Shown: positions 25,297 through 37,300 of the stretch, piece by piece
Layout: every line of letters starts with the position of its first letter
Position numbering within the stretch: position 1 is the first letter of the stretch
NCBI GenBank assembly: GCA_002633005.1
Contig: NMRA01000164.1
Location: 434,489 to 498,488, forward strand
DNA: 64,000 nucleotides
Source of the DNA: Phoronis australis
Lineage: Eukaryota; Animalia; Phoronida
Direction of reading: 5' to 3'
The notes under the pieces: model-generated
What the model saw: the letters and a program-made list of their open reading frames with translations, nothing else
What the model was told of the DNA's origin: nothing
The model's database searches: none
Position numbers and translations under genes: made by a program

Positions 25297-26196
25297 TTAA
25301 TATTTTTTAATGTCTAAAGACAACGCGCATTCTATAGAGGGAATGTCAGGCTTCGAATGAACGTGTGACAAAACATCATGAAATATGCTTGATTCTAAAA
25401 CAAAGTCTATCCCTTGCATCATAACGCATAAGAATACTATGTCATTTTCATACATTTTCGGATCTCTGCGACAATTGCAATGTACAAGCGTGGCAGATCC
25501 GAAGTCAATTATCCACGGAAGGTACTCTCCATACTCAGTTGTAACTAATACATTATCCGGGCTCAAATCATTCAACAGAAGTCCCTCACTGTGCAAGTTC
25601 TGTAACTGTTTCGTTATTTCCAGCATCATTTTTAACCACTGTACCCGCGACACTCTCGGGCTCTCCTTCCTTCCAAGGCGACGTCTATCAGAATTAGCAA
25701 GTCCTGCGAGTTCCATTCTAAATCCAGATTCGTGGTTTCCAAGAAACTCCATTGCAATTCCCCATCCGAGGTAATTATCATCACTTACAAGAGGAAATAA
25801 TCCATAAAACCGCGGTCCAACTTTAGCATTGTTTCCAATAATCATATATCTAGCTTCTTTAATTACCGAGCTAAGATAGACGCGTGATGCTTTCAAAAAG
25901 ATTTTCAGCGCATATTTTCCTCCTTTTTCGCTTTGCACAAGAAAGACTCTGCTCGATCCCCCGCACCCCAGTAAAACAGGGGAACAATTGTTCATAACAA
26001 ACGAAAACTTTCGAAATTCCACAACAATTCTTGGAAAAAAAGTTACTCCGTCTAGAGGTAAATAGTTGAGAAATTCTATGATATTGTCGTACTTTGCTCT
26101 CCAGGACGATGTAGTATCAAAAACATTCGGTGGAGGAAGCAGATGTTTGTCTTGAACTTTATAAGTAGACGACCGCTGGGAAACCAGACGCGTCAT
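25297..26196 (-). CDS. Intronless protein kinase-like protein, 299 aa, atypical
   Basis: Gly loop LGCGGSSRV, beta3 lysine YALK, alphaC IKEA, hinge AMEFL, catalytic loop LNDLSPDNV, IIDFGSA. No APE motif. Minus-strand AATAAA near 25128-25133. Confidence 0.75.
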   Translation of the reverse strand: MTRLVSQRSSTYKVQDKHLLPPPNVFDTTSSWRAKYDNIIEFLNYLPLDGVTFFPRIVVEFRKFSFVMNNCSPVLLGCGGSSRVFLVQSEKGGKYALKIFLKASRVYLSSVIKEARYMIIGNNAKVGPRFYGLFPLVSDDNYLGWGIAMEFLGNHESGFRMELAGLANSDRRRLGRKESPRVSRVQWLKMMLEITKQLQNLHSEGLLLNDLSPDNVLVTTEYGEYLPWIIDFGSATLVHCNCRRDPKMYENDIVFLCVMMQGIDFVLESSIFHDVLSHVHSKPDIPSIECALSLDIKKY

Positions 26197-27648
26197 TTTT
26201 CAGTCATTTTCTTAGGAATCAACGGTTAATGACAATTCATGATTGTTTCACGTCACAATAGATTAATTCAGCTAACTGAGAAGAAAAGAGAAAGTCGAGT
26301 AAGTGAGATCAAGCAGGTTTTCGCTAGATATCGCCATGCTTTACAAGTGATGCGAGTAATCACACTCAGGTACTTCATAGTCTATGATCACACTAGCTTC
26401 ACTGGCCAATGCCCAGTTGTCTTTCGTATACGGAACGCACCACGACTACATAATCTGTTCACAAAGACCATTTCGCGCAAACAATGTTTCACTTTCACCG
26501 ATGCTAATCGCCTAAAATGCTTTATGGAGGAAATACATAATAAGGTTCTCTGAATTTAGGAAGCCATAAGGCTGAATTACTACAAGCTGTATAAAGAAAA
26601 GCTACTGCAGAATACGAAAGTAACACTGAAACAGAAAAGGTAAGGTGATCGCATAACATTTTTTCGTTTGTTTTCACCAATGTAGAATAATGGAAAGATT
26701 ACCAAAACAGATTGTTGGTGTATTCGTTTTTCTTAAAAAATGATGTTCGGTATCACTCAACTTCGACGGTCATTCAGAAATTTCCGTAAATCCATAACAA
26801 TTTTTGTTTGGCGAGTGCCTTCTTTCGTGGAAAAAACTACGGCGTGGGACTGAGAGCCGTGGTTGCAAAAGCCACAAACGCAGGGCCTCATCATTGACAA
26901 AATTTCTTTTAACGAAAATATCGAGCACCCTCCCCAGAACCACGCAAAAGAACGCCCATGGGCGTTCATTTGGTGTTGGAACTTCTCGTGTCAAGTGTCT
27001 AGATAGTGGTGCTTTAACTCGGAAAATTTCCTCTTAAACGCCCACTTAGAGTCAACAAATTCAGTTTTGTAGAGAATTTATTATTTATAAAAACGAGAAA
27101 AGTGTTGCCGAATTTTTTTTCACAATATTGCCGATTTTTTTTTTTTCACAATACGATGTGGCCGAGTTTTCAAGCCGGCCGAAGTTCACAGATTTTCTGT
27201 TGAACGATTTTGGGTGCTATCATCTTTGTAACAAGGAGATCTAGAAGTGATGCGCACATGTTTTCTTGTCCCGCTGGGCAGATATTGCGACTGATAAGCT
27301 GCTATAGAAGTTTCAGTTACAAAAATACACATAGCACTTCATGTTGGTATTTACGTCGCAAAAATTATGACTTTCCGTTTACACGCCCAGGCTTTTATTG
27401 ATGTTCCTAAAGTGTCTTGAAATTTTCATTTTCCGTATACACGCCCAGGGGCTTATCTACGGAAAGCCCCGGTAGTATTTTAATACATCTTAAAAGATGT
27501 CTGTGCTCGGGACAGCCAATAACTATATTCAGCGGCTGATTGAGTGTTTTATGGCACGAACTTCACTGGCCACCAGAAACTTTTAGACGTAGTTCAAGGC
27601 CAAGCTATGGCTGCACTTAATAGAATTCGCCGTTTCCACAGGGTCAAC

Positions 27649-27716
27649 TGGCTAAAACATCTGATTGGTTCTTGATGACGACTTCCGGCTTTTAAGCCAA
27701 TCAGATGTTTTAGCCA
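27649..27716. repeat. 20-bp perfect inverted repeat containing CCAAT boxes
   Basis: TGGCTAAAACATCTGATTGG ... CCAATCAGATGTTTTAGCCA. Confidence 0.8.
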
Positions 27717-28389
27717 ATTGATCTAGCAAAACTGGCGAAGCCAACCAGCAACAGCCTTTTACACCAGGATTACATCCTTTCGCTAATGTTGTTTTAAAAA
27801 CAGTTCTCATCATAACTCGGGCTCTAGAGCACACATAGATGCGGTTCGAGTGTCAAATTATACGTTTTTTTCGCTACACAGAAAGCTAAACATATAAACA
27901 TTTGAAGAGAAATGGATAATTTTAGTATTTTGTGTTTTCTGATTTACGAATGCTCCAAAAAACATGAGTTATGCACCAAACTTTTATCTCAATTGCGATT
28001 AACCGAGGGCAATGGTTGAATAAAGTCTACAAATTTCTTCGTTTCTCTCAAATCAAGTGTACTTTTCGGTATTGCTTTTTCAATTAAAATTATAAAAACA
28101 ATCAACTTTATGCACAGAAAATGAGTAAAGAATCGTCACGTCTCTTCATGATGATAATTAGTCGTTTCGCGACTGTCGTGCATCTACGGAACGCAGCCCT
28201 GATTTCCAAGTATAAGTGAGGGGGAGGGGTACTCGGATATATTTTTGACGAAGTTGAAGCTGGAAAATTAAACTTATACCCGCCAGTTTAAGAGTGGACT
28301 CAAAAAGGGGACCCATTTGCAGATAGCTCGCACTTCAAAGAAAATTCATCTGTCAAATACGCGACGCCCGTATTTATTTCTTTGTTAGT

Positions 28390-30370
28390 CGCCTTCTACA
28401 ATAAGATTTTTGATACTGGGAACTACCCGTCTGAATTGAATTCAGGAGTAATAGTGGCCATTTTCAAATCTGGTAGTAAACATGACCCAGATAATATTAC
28501 CGTGGAGTTGCACGGGAGGGATTTTCGCACGTGTGTTACGTAACAGGTTGAATACGTGGGCAGAGGAGTACATTGTTTTAAGTGAATCTCAAACGGGATT
28601 TTGCGAAGGGTACTCAACTATTGACATCATGTTTATTCATATACTCTAGTCTCAAAATACATTGTAAACACCGAGGGCCGTTTTATAGCCTTTTTGTCGA
28701 TTTCCAGAAGGCATTCGTTCATGTGTGGAGAAAAAGATTGAAATATAAACTCATTAGTTGGTATCAAAGGTAAAATGCAATGTATTGAAAAATATGTATG
28801 AAAATGTTAAAGCTTATATCAAGGTTGATTGGTAATATAGGATTTGCAACTGAAGTTTTTTTAATCCACTGAAATCAGGAGTTCGGCAGGGTTGCCAGCT
28901 GTCACCATTTATATTTTCGATGCTTTTGAATGACCTAGAAAACGACTTAAAAATGTTAGTGGATCATTTGTCAGCGTAAGACTATTCAATTTGTAAATGT
29001 TATTGTTTGCTGATGATCTGGTTCTATTTGCTGAAACAGATGTGGCTATGCAAAGACTGATTGGAAAACAGGAAGATTACTGTTGCAGATCATGGACTTT
29101 GCGCGTAAACAAGTCCAATACAAAAATTGTGGTTTTTAGAAAAGGTGGTCATCTGAGATATGATGAACACTGGAAAATATTCGGTGAAAAAATTGAAGTA
29201 GCATCTGAATACAACAATTTAGGCGTAACTTTCTCTGAAGGTGTTTTCACAAAGGCCCAAAAACTCTTTCTGGAAAAGCATCAAGTACACTATTTGTGTT
29301 GAAAAGGAACATGATAAAATCCGTCGACATGCCGGAGTCATTATGGCAAAAATTATGCCAATTTTATTATGTGGCTCAGAAATGTGAGGTTTCCATGAAG
29401 CCAAAGCCATAGACACGGACGGCGCACCATAGGGGGTTGGGGTAGGGTGGGATTGGTTGGGTGCAGCGCCGCCCATGATCTATGGGCGGTTCACTACAGG
29501 GGGCTGGGGGGGGGGAGGCGCTATATNNNNNNNNNNNNNNNNNNNNNNNNNNNNNNNNNGATAGAAACGGTTCAAGTTCCTGTAAATATCTGTTACTACT
29601 TGGTCCGAATGTCTCAAATGCCGCTGCCATAGGTGCACATGGAAGAACAATTGTAAAAGTATCGATGTTAAACAGAGTAATAAGTACTGGTTTAGAGTTC
29701 TCGAATCACCGAGTCATAGATACACTAAGTTACATGTATGTTGTGTTGTACGGTGTGAAATGGCTGAATTTCGTAGACCTTGTTGGGTATTAAATGAGAA
29801 GAAAATTCTACTCGAATATGGTTCTGGATTTGTCTGGCTGAACCAAAGCATATGGGATGGGTATAATTTTATTAAGGAATTTAAGCAACGATGTATTGAC
29901 GTTGACGTGCAACATTGGGAAGATAAAATTTCCTCACAGTCGTTAAATGTGTATCAACATGTTAAAACAGATTTCTCGTCTCAAGCTTATATAAGGCATT
30001 CTGATTGTGTTTTGCTCAAATCCGCCTTCAATTGGCTAGACTTAGATATTGTAGCCATTCTCTTATGAGTGTAAAGAGGGACACATGGGTCTTGTCGTTA
30101 ACGAGAGGATATGCCAGTGCTGCAGTATGAATTGTATAGAAAAAAAGCATCATTTTTTTTGTTGGAATGCGGTAATATATCAACAAGTACTGTCATGTTT
30201 AAGAGACTCTTACAATCAGAAGACGATAGAACATTGAGACATATGTACCCAAGTTTATTGTACATGCAGAAACTCAACGGAAAAGATTTTTAAGTGATGT
30301 GTAAATGAAATCTGCTGTTTTTTGTTTATTTATAATGTTGGCCGGTGGCCTAATTACTCTAATAAAAAAT
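28390..30370 (+). mobile_element. Decayed, 5'-truncated non-LTR retrotransposon (LINE reverse transcriptase, RTE-X-like)
   Basis: Frameshifted RT motifs in order: IFKSGSKHDPDN, FVDFQKAF, GVRQGCQLSP, LLFADDLVL, VNKSNTKIVVF, then CKYLL..SNAA. AATAAA near 30361. Clade assignment is tentative. Confidence 0.88.
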
Positions 30371-31378
30371 CACTAGTCGTGAAAAAGTCAACCCTTTGAG
30401 CTCTTTTACGCGAGTACCACACGGGCGGTTGACCCGCACGACTGAACCGGCGTAATGCGGGTGAGGCTAAAAAATTTAGACGTAACAATTAATTGACACA
30501 CAATACTTACAAAGTACATACGTATTCACAGCGTTTCATCCATTCATAAGACAAGTACTTCGAACTCTAATTATTGAAATGGCGTATTAGAAACAAACAC
30601 GCCGTATTGATTACTTGACTCACTATCTATTGAAGTAATTGTAATTAATATAAGAGGTTTTCAATGATTTCAGGGATTCTTTAATATTAACTGCGTCATG
30701 GTTTCATAAAAAATTCATTTTCTGCATGGATCCCTTTCACTGAGTTAGTCATATGCGTTAATCTTTAAAACCTCACTAGTATCAGTATTTCTACTGACAA
30801 AATACGGTTCATATATCTGCGAAAAAATCATGGTTTCATTTTAGATTGCCTCATGAAGTTCACAGACCACGTAGATCCAAATCGAAATTTCCGTATTTTG
30901 TGTGGGGGAGGCATTTGCGCCCAGTTCACCTGCACCTGGCCCTTGCCTCGCCTGTCTACCGCATTTGAATAAGCAAATAACACAGATTTGCTCATACAAA
31001 AATATAAATCACCGTGACGTTAAATTACATGAGGAAGGCTTACTATTCTATAAGTGACTTTTGTCCTTATTTAAACTATCGTCTTCATAAATGGTAATTC
31101 GGTCATTTCTTCGTTTATTCGTCTAAATTTACACATTTTCAGTCTTTGAGGGACCTTAGCTTAGGCCAATGATTCTACCAAATTCTTAATTTTTTTATTC
31201 TTAGCTTGTCTTCAAAAATGTACGTTTTGTTAGTAATGTTAGACACTCTTCAGCGACACGATTCTTCTTTTCACCTACCGGAAGCGATGCTTCAATCCGG
31301 GAACTTAGAAGCATGTGACGTCATTGTACGAGTTTCCTCCCCACCTTGTGCGGCTGGCTCACGCACCGGTTCCTCATA

Positions 31379-34300
31379 ATGGCCCAGAAAAAGCCTATAC
31401 CTGATGCTGGACATATAAAAGAATTGTAAGTATGAACTGAACTCTTAATTTTGAATTTGTAAATACATAATTTCATTGATAAACGTATTTCACAGACACT
31501 CCATTTTCCTCTCAAAAGCTCCATTGGATCTGTTCTTTCTGTCTTCTGATCTGTTCCCAGTGACTGTTCAGTTGTGTTGCCACCTACCGACAATGGTGGC
31601 AAGCTAATAACCATATGAGTTGAAATGTGTATTTCTGAAACGGGTCATTTTGTTTGATAAAACGAGTGTTGCTGTTCGTTCCATGCCAGTGGAAATTAAT
31701 GAACAGCCGCTGTTGAGCATTCAGCTTCTTTTTTGTTTCTAGACAATATATCGTCCGGTTACCTATTTTCGTCAGGCTCCAAAGTTCGTCCGCCATCTTG
31801 TTTCGCGTGCAGCGCAACCACGCGGGACTTAGCGTTCCAATTTGGAGTTCTCGTCTGCACGTTAGGTACTAACTTATCGGAAGAGACACGTATCAAAGTA
31901 ATGAGACAAAAATCGGTGAGTTTACCGATTGTTTTTTAAAACCACTTAAAAATCAGTAGATTTTACTAATACACTTTTTTGTGCGTTTTCAGAAGATGTT
32001 TTCGAATTTAAATTTTCTTCCGACGGGANGAAACTGATTGTATTTCAATGAATCATTGTTTGTATTTGATAAAAACAAATGCTGTTGATATGACATTTAA
32101 TAGTCTTTTTGCACATATTTGACATTTTAATGTTTAACAACACGGCAAATGCACGACTGGTTCCCGGCAGCACGTACGCGAAGGGCGGGAACTTCAGCTT
32201 TCAAAGTTCGCCGGTAGGTCCGCAACTTCTGACCTTCGGCCTGGTTAAAAAAAAATGAAAAAGTTGAGTTCACGATTTTGGGAACTGAAATAGGGACTGC
32301 TCGAAGAAAAAGTTTCATAACGGGAGTATTTGTTCGAGTTGGAAGGAATTAAACACATCGACAACCTCGTAAGGTGTCCCTCTATGCGCAAAAGGTATTT
32401 ATAACAACGTGACTTTGATGGTTTAGTCGGTGCGAGGCATAATTCGCCGAAAAGCTTCCGGCGTACAGAGCGCCTATAGCCTCTACATCGCCTCTGCTTC
32501 GGGCCAACAGAGGCGATGGTCATTGCCTAGACAATATACTAGTAACTAGATTTTTCTGGTTACTATATGAGACCATGGCATTAGTCACCACTCACCAGAG
32601 AGGAAAAGACAAACTAACTTGGGTTGGGCCAAGCTATTTCTTGTAGAATGTATCTCATCATACGATCATATGAGAAAAAAGGGATTTCATCGGTCATGTT
32701 ATAGTACAGTGATAAGACCACAGGCGTCCTCAGCTTCTGATCGTCCCTGATACACTGTGACTATGTATATGTACTCCAGTCGGATATAATGGACCCTAAC
32801 TTATTCCAAATAAATCCGCTAAATATAGGACTAAATGAATGATTTTGGTATCGTTGCATTCCTCAGACATCTGGCTATCCGTACAAATCCTTTTCATGAC
32901 CCTAAACTACTCAAATCTATAACTATGCTATTCCGAACTCGGTTCACTTTAGCCACGCGCATCGTGAAATCGGCAGCCATTTCAGGGAACTTTCTATATC
33001 TAGCGCCATCTATCGGCGATTTGCTACAACACGCGCTGTTCCTTTTTCATCGGTCAACGTCATTGGTCAATTTCGTCAATTATTAACGTCATCGTTATTA
33101 ATCATCGTACGTCTGCTCTCGTCATCACCTTCGTTGTCTCTCTCACGATCGTATCTGTCATCGTCATGTTATCGTCGTCCATGTTGATTGATGAAAAAGG
33201 AACAACGCGTGTTGTAGCAAATCGCCGATTGATGGCGCTAGATATAGTATGTTCCCTGAAATGGCTTCTGATTTCACGATGCGCGTGGCTAAAGTGGACC
33301 GAGTTCGGAATAGCATAGTTATAGACTTGAGTAGTTTAGGGTCGTGAAAAGAATTTGTACGGATAGCCAGATGTCTGAGGAATGCAACGATACCAAAATC
33401 ATTCATTTAGACCTATATTTAGTGGATTTATTTGGAATAAGTTAGGGTCCATTATATCCGACTAGTGCCCAATTGTTCTTTCTTCTAATACCATTTAAGG
33501 TGTCCTGCTCCTGCGAGTTCGCAAGAAATTCGCAGTAGAGTGAAAACACGAGCTTTGCGTAAGCTGCCAACTTTTTACCCGCACTGTATCATAAAAATTA
33601 GGCAATTACATGATGCTATGACGCTCTTGCTGAAAAACTGTGGTTGGCTTATGCCTTCGAGTTTCTGGTTTGTCATAGTCTAATGTTTTTTGTTTTTAAT
33701 TTCAGCCGCATTGTTTTGCCTATGGAAAGAGATGAGGTAAGTCAAACGTATAACTGTCCTCGTAATATGGACGTTAATTGGAGCATGGGCGTTCAGAAAC
33801 GAAGTTTATAAGAAGTTACCCCAAACGGTGGATTCTCGTGAACTCCCATAAGGGAAGCTATGTTTACATCGGACTTGCCTTCAAGAGTCGAACAAAATGT
33901 ATCCAAAGAAGGCAGGTTGTTGCTGTTCTGTTCCTCCAAGAAAAAGATTTTGTTTGTTTTGAGAGCTATATGTGGACTTTCACAGACGTGTGCCCTTTCA
34001 AGAAAGTCTTGTTCACATAAATTGGGGTCACTGAGCTGAGCATGGTGTTTAAAAGTGAAAACTTCTGGAATGAATATTAAGCCGTACTATGGCAGTTTCT
34101 CAAACTCTTGATCGTGGAATGGCAAAATTATTAGGTGCTTGATGAACAAATTACAAAGTGAATTTGCTTATTACTCAAGTTAATAAGATACTTAGAAAAT
34201 GTCATTTTGCATAATAATGCCATGACATTTATCTAGATTATTGTTTGACATCACATTGCTGGCTGAGAACATCATGTTCAATTTTAGCATCTTTAGATTT

Positions 34301-37300
34301 CAAACCTTGGGTGTTGTCATGGAAATAACAAAGGTTATTTTAAAGTTGTTTTGTATTCTGCACTAATCCAGGAATGATCTAACTGAACATGAAAATCTCA
34401 GCCTTTTCATTAACATTGGCAACTATGTTTACATCTGATGCCTCTTAGATTCTAATTAGCAGTGTCAACTAAAATTTGGTTCCATCCTTGTTTACTTTCT
34501 GTTGTGTTTAAATCTTCAGAGCCAACTGACATGTTTTGTGGGTGGATGCAGCATTTTAAGTAGCCACTGTTTATCATTGGGTGTGCCAGGGTGCTGAAAA
34601 CTCAAGTAAACGATTCTCTGTTCTGACACATCCTGTAATCAACAGTGTCGGCTCATAATGTTTGGTTTTATGCCTTAAAGTGCTTAGAACCATCATTTAC
34701 CTTGATTTGACAAGTGATTACATTGTCAGCATCATTTAACCTTCCGTCAGAGAATTGCATATCACAGTCGTGAATTCAATGTACCAAAAACGAAGAAAAG
34801 CAACTTGAATTGAAAGATTCTTAGCTCCATTGAAATGCGTGTGACATATGAACATACCTAGAGCGAAAGTGTGTCATGTCCACCAACATGCGAGTTTCGT
34901 GCACGTACTTGAACCATACCTGTGTTTCTTTTGTGTCCCGTGTGAAAGTGAAAAGAGACAGTATGGTCAAATACTAAGTTATTACAACCACCATAAAAGC
35001 GATGCCTTGTCCTTCTTTATTATAACATAATCGGGCCCACGGGAAAACGAACAGCAATATCTGACAACTTTCACACTAAACACAATGGAGGAGGACTTGT
35101 ATAGTTATGATTGGTTGTCCTGATTTTACGTAACATGTTTTTGACTAATGAATGCTCTAAATCATCTAACTAACATATCGTCAGATGGTGTTTGCGGACG
35201 TGACAGCTGATTGACTGATGGGGTTGTTTTTGGGGTTTTTGATATGAAATGGTCCCATGCGGTGTTAAAAGCTAAGGAGTTCATGTTAAAAACACTATTC
35301 TTAAAGTGCACCAATCATGTTTGAGTTGGTTGAATTAATTGGTGATCTCCATAGGTTTGTAAAGATGGCATTCCGGGAGGCTTTAATGTTGACTAACATC
35401 TTAATAGAGTTTATTGTGGGAACGCTGAACAGCTTTATTCTTCTTCCTTGCTATTTACCGTATTTTTATATCATGTTACAGTACCACTGTGCACAGCTGT
35501 TTTCGGTGGCGGAAGCGAGTAAGAACGAGACAGGGGGCGGGGAAGGTATAGAAATTGAAACCAACGAGCCTTTCGACGAAACTAAAAATCCACCCACGTG
35601 GCCACTTCTTGGGGGAAAATACACGAAAGGACAGTACACACACAAAATATATCGGCTAGAAACGTGAGTATTAGTGATTTTACAATTAACGGTTGTCAAT
35701 GTTACACATATGCTATACTACACTTAGTAGCCTTACCAGTATCTCAGTTGTGCTGATCATTCTAGATCCCACTACTGGCATGCAGGTTCGGAGTCCTGAT
35801 TTATCGCTGTTTGAATTTTGGGATTTTAACTTGACCTAATTAGAGCTACAGGCTGGTGAAATAGCACGCTCATAGGTATCGGTCTGTAAAACAATTTTGG
35901 GTACCTTCTCTGATCTCAATCAATTAGATGCTTAGCATTTTTATTGGAATATAGGCGCTTATCAAGTTTAGCCACAAAATGTGAAGTGACAACATGCCCG
36001 TCAATCCGGGAGCGCGTCAATTTATTCATAGGTTTCTTAACACATTTGTACTCACGAGCACTCCAAAAACTTCAGTATAGGATTGACAGCAAAGGAGCCA
36101 AAGTGCTGTGACCCTTATTATTATAGTCAGCTTACTATTGTCAGAAATAGAGACACACACTCATCGTATGATCCAATGACCTCATCACTTTGTGTGCCTT
36201 CAACTTCCTAACAGGTTAACACGACGCCTCTCGGCCCAGTGAGGTTGATAGAACACGAGGTTATATGAACACACACTGATTCAAACGATAAAAAGAAACA
36301 AATGAATCACATGGCAATGGCACATTAAAAGCTGCTATAGGCTAAACCATAGTGTTTAAACAACTTTTTCACAGGTGTATTTGCCCTTCCAGATCAACAT
36401 TTAGTGTGTTCTTATCCTTTGTTTGAATTGAAATTGGTTGTGGTTAATTACCCTTGTGATGGACATTTGCCTGGAGGATTTGAATTAGCCGCCGAGACAA
36501 GCAACTTAGTGGGCCTGATCTAAAGCAATAGTGACATGTCAGTTCTTTCTAGGTCTAGAAAACATTTCTAACCTAGAGTAAAGAACAAGATGAGACTGAT
36601 TTTATAACTGTAGGAGGTCTAAATACAAAACTGATTTTTAGACAGAGGCACGGGTTTTTTGCCCCTTTAAGAGTAGTGATCATGTAATTTGTAAAAGTTC
36701 ATTGATCTATTGATCTATGGTGATCTTATAATTTGTAAAAGTTCATAGAGTAATTGCAATCATATAATTTGTAAAAGTTCATAGAGCAATAGTGATCAAT
36801 AATTTGTAAAATTTCATAGAGCAATAGTGATCATATAATTTGTTTAAGTTCATAGCAAAATAGTTAACCTGTTTTAGAAATATCTGGTACTACCTACTTC
36901 ACATGGTATGTTGGTACAGCACATATGATGGATTACTGTAGTTGCTGGTGTCCTCCATTTGTATCAAGCTTCTGCCTTCATCTGTACAGGTTGTGTATAT
37001 TCAGAACTGTGCTCAAGTTATTACCACTGAGAGGTACAATGTGATATTCTTATAATTTCTTGCAGAAAAGGAAACATTGACTTATCTTGTGGACCTAACT
37101 TCATACTGAAATTTTACGTAGTAGACTTTTCCCCTGCTGACGCACATTTTTGAGTTAATTAAATAGTGTATCATTGCTTCCATTGCCGTGAGTTTAACTG
37201 TGTAGTTAGGTTATGAGCTGTGTTTCCTTAGACTAGTGTAATACTGTATTGATCATGCGTATTGGCTATTTGACATCTGTGGCAATGCCGCCATGTACGT

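Noticed and set aside
25385-25774. 129-aa plus-strand ORF
   Set aside because: Antisense shadow of the kinase ORF.
32835-33406. Two near-identical ORFs of about 80 aa on opposite strands
   Set aside because: By-product of the foldback arms, with no recognisable domain.
36676-36862. 36-bp repeats as a CRISPR array
   Set aside because: Head-to-tail units without unique spacers, in a eukaryotic intron, with no cas genes.
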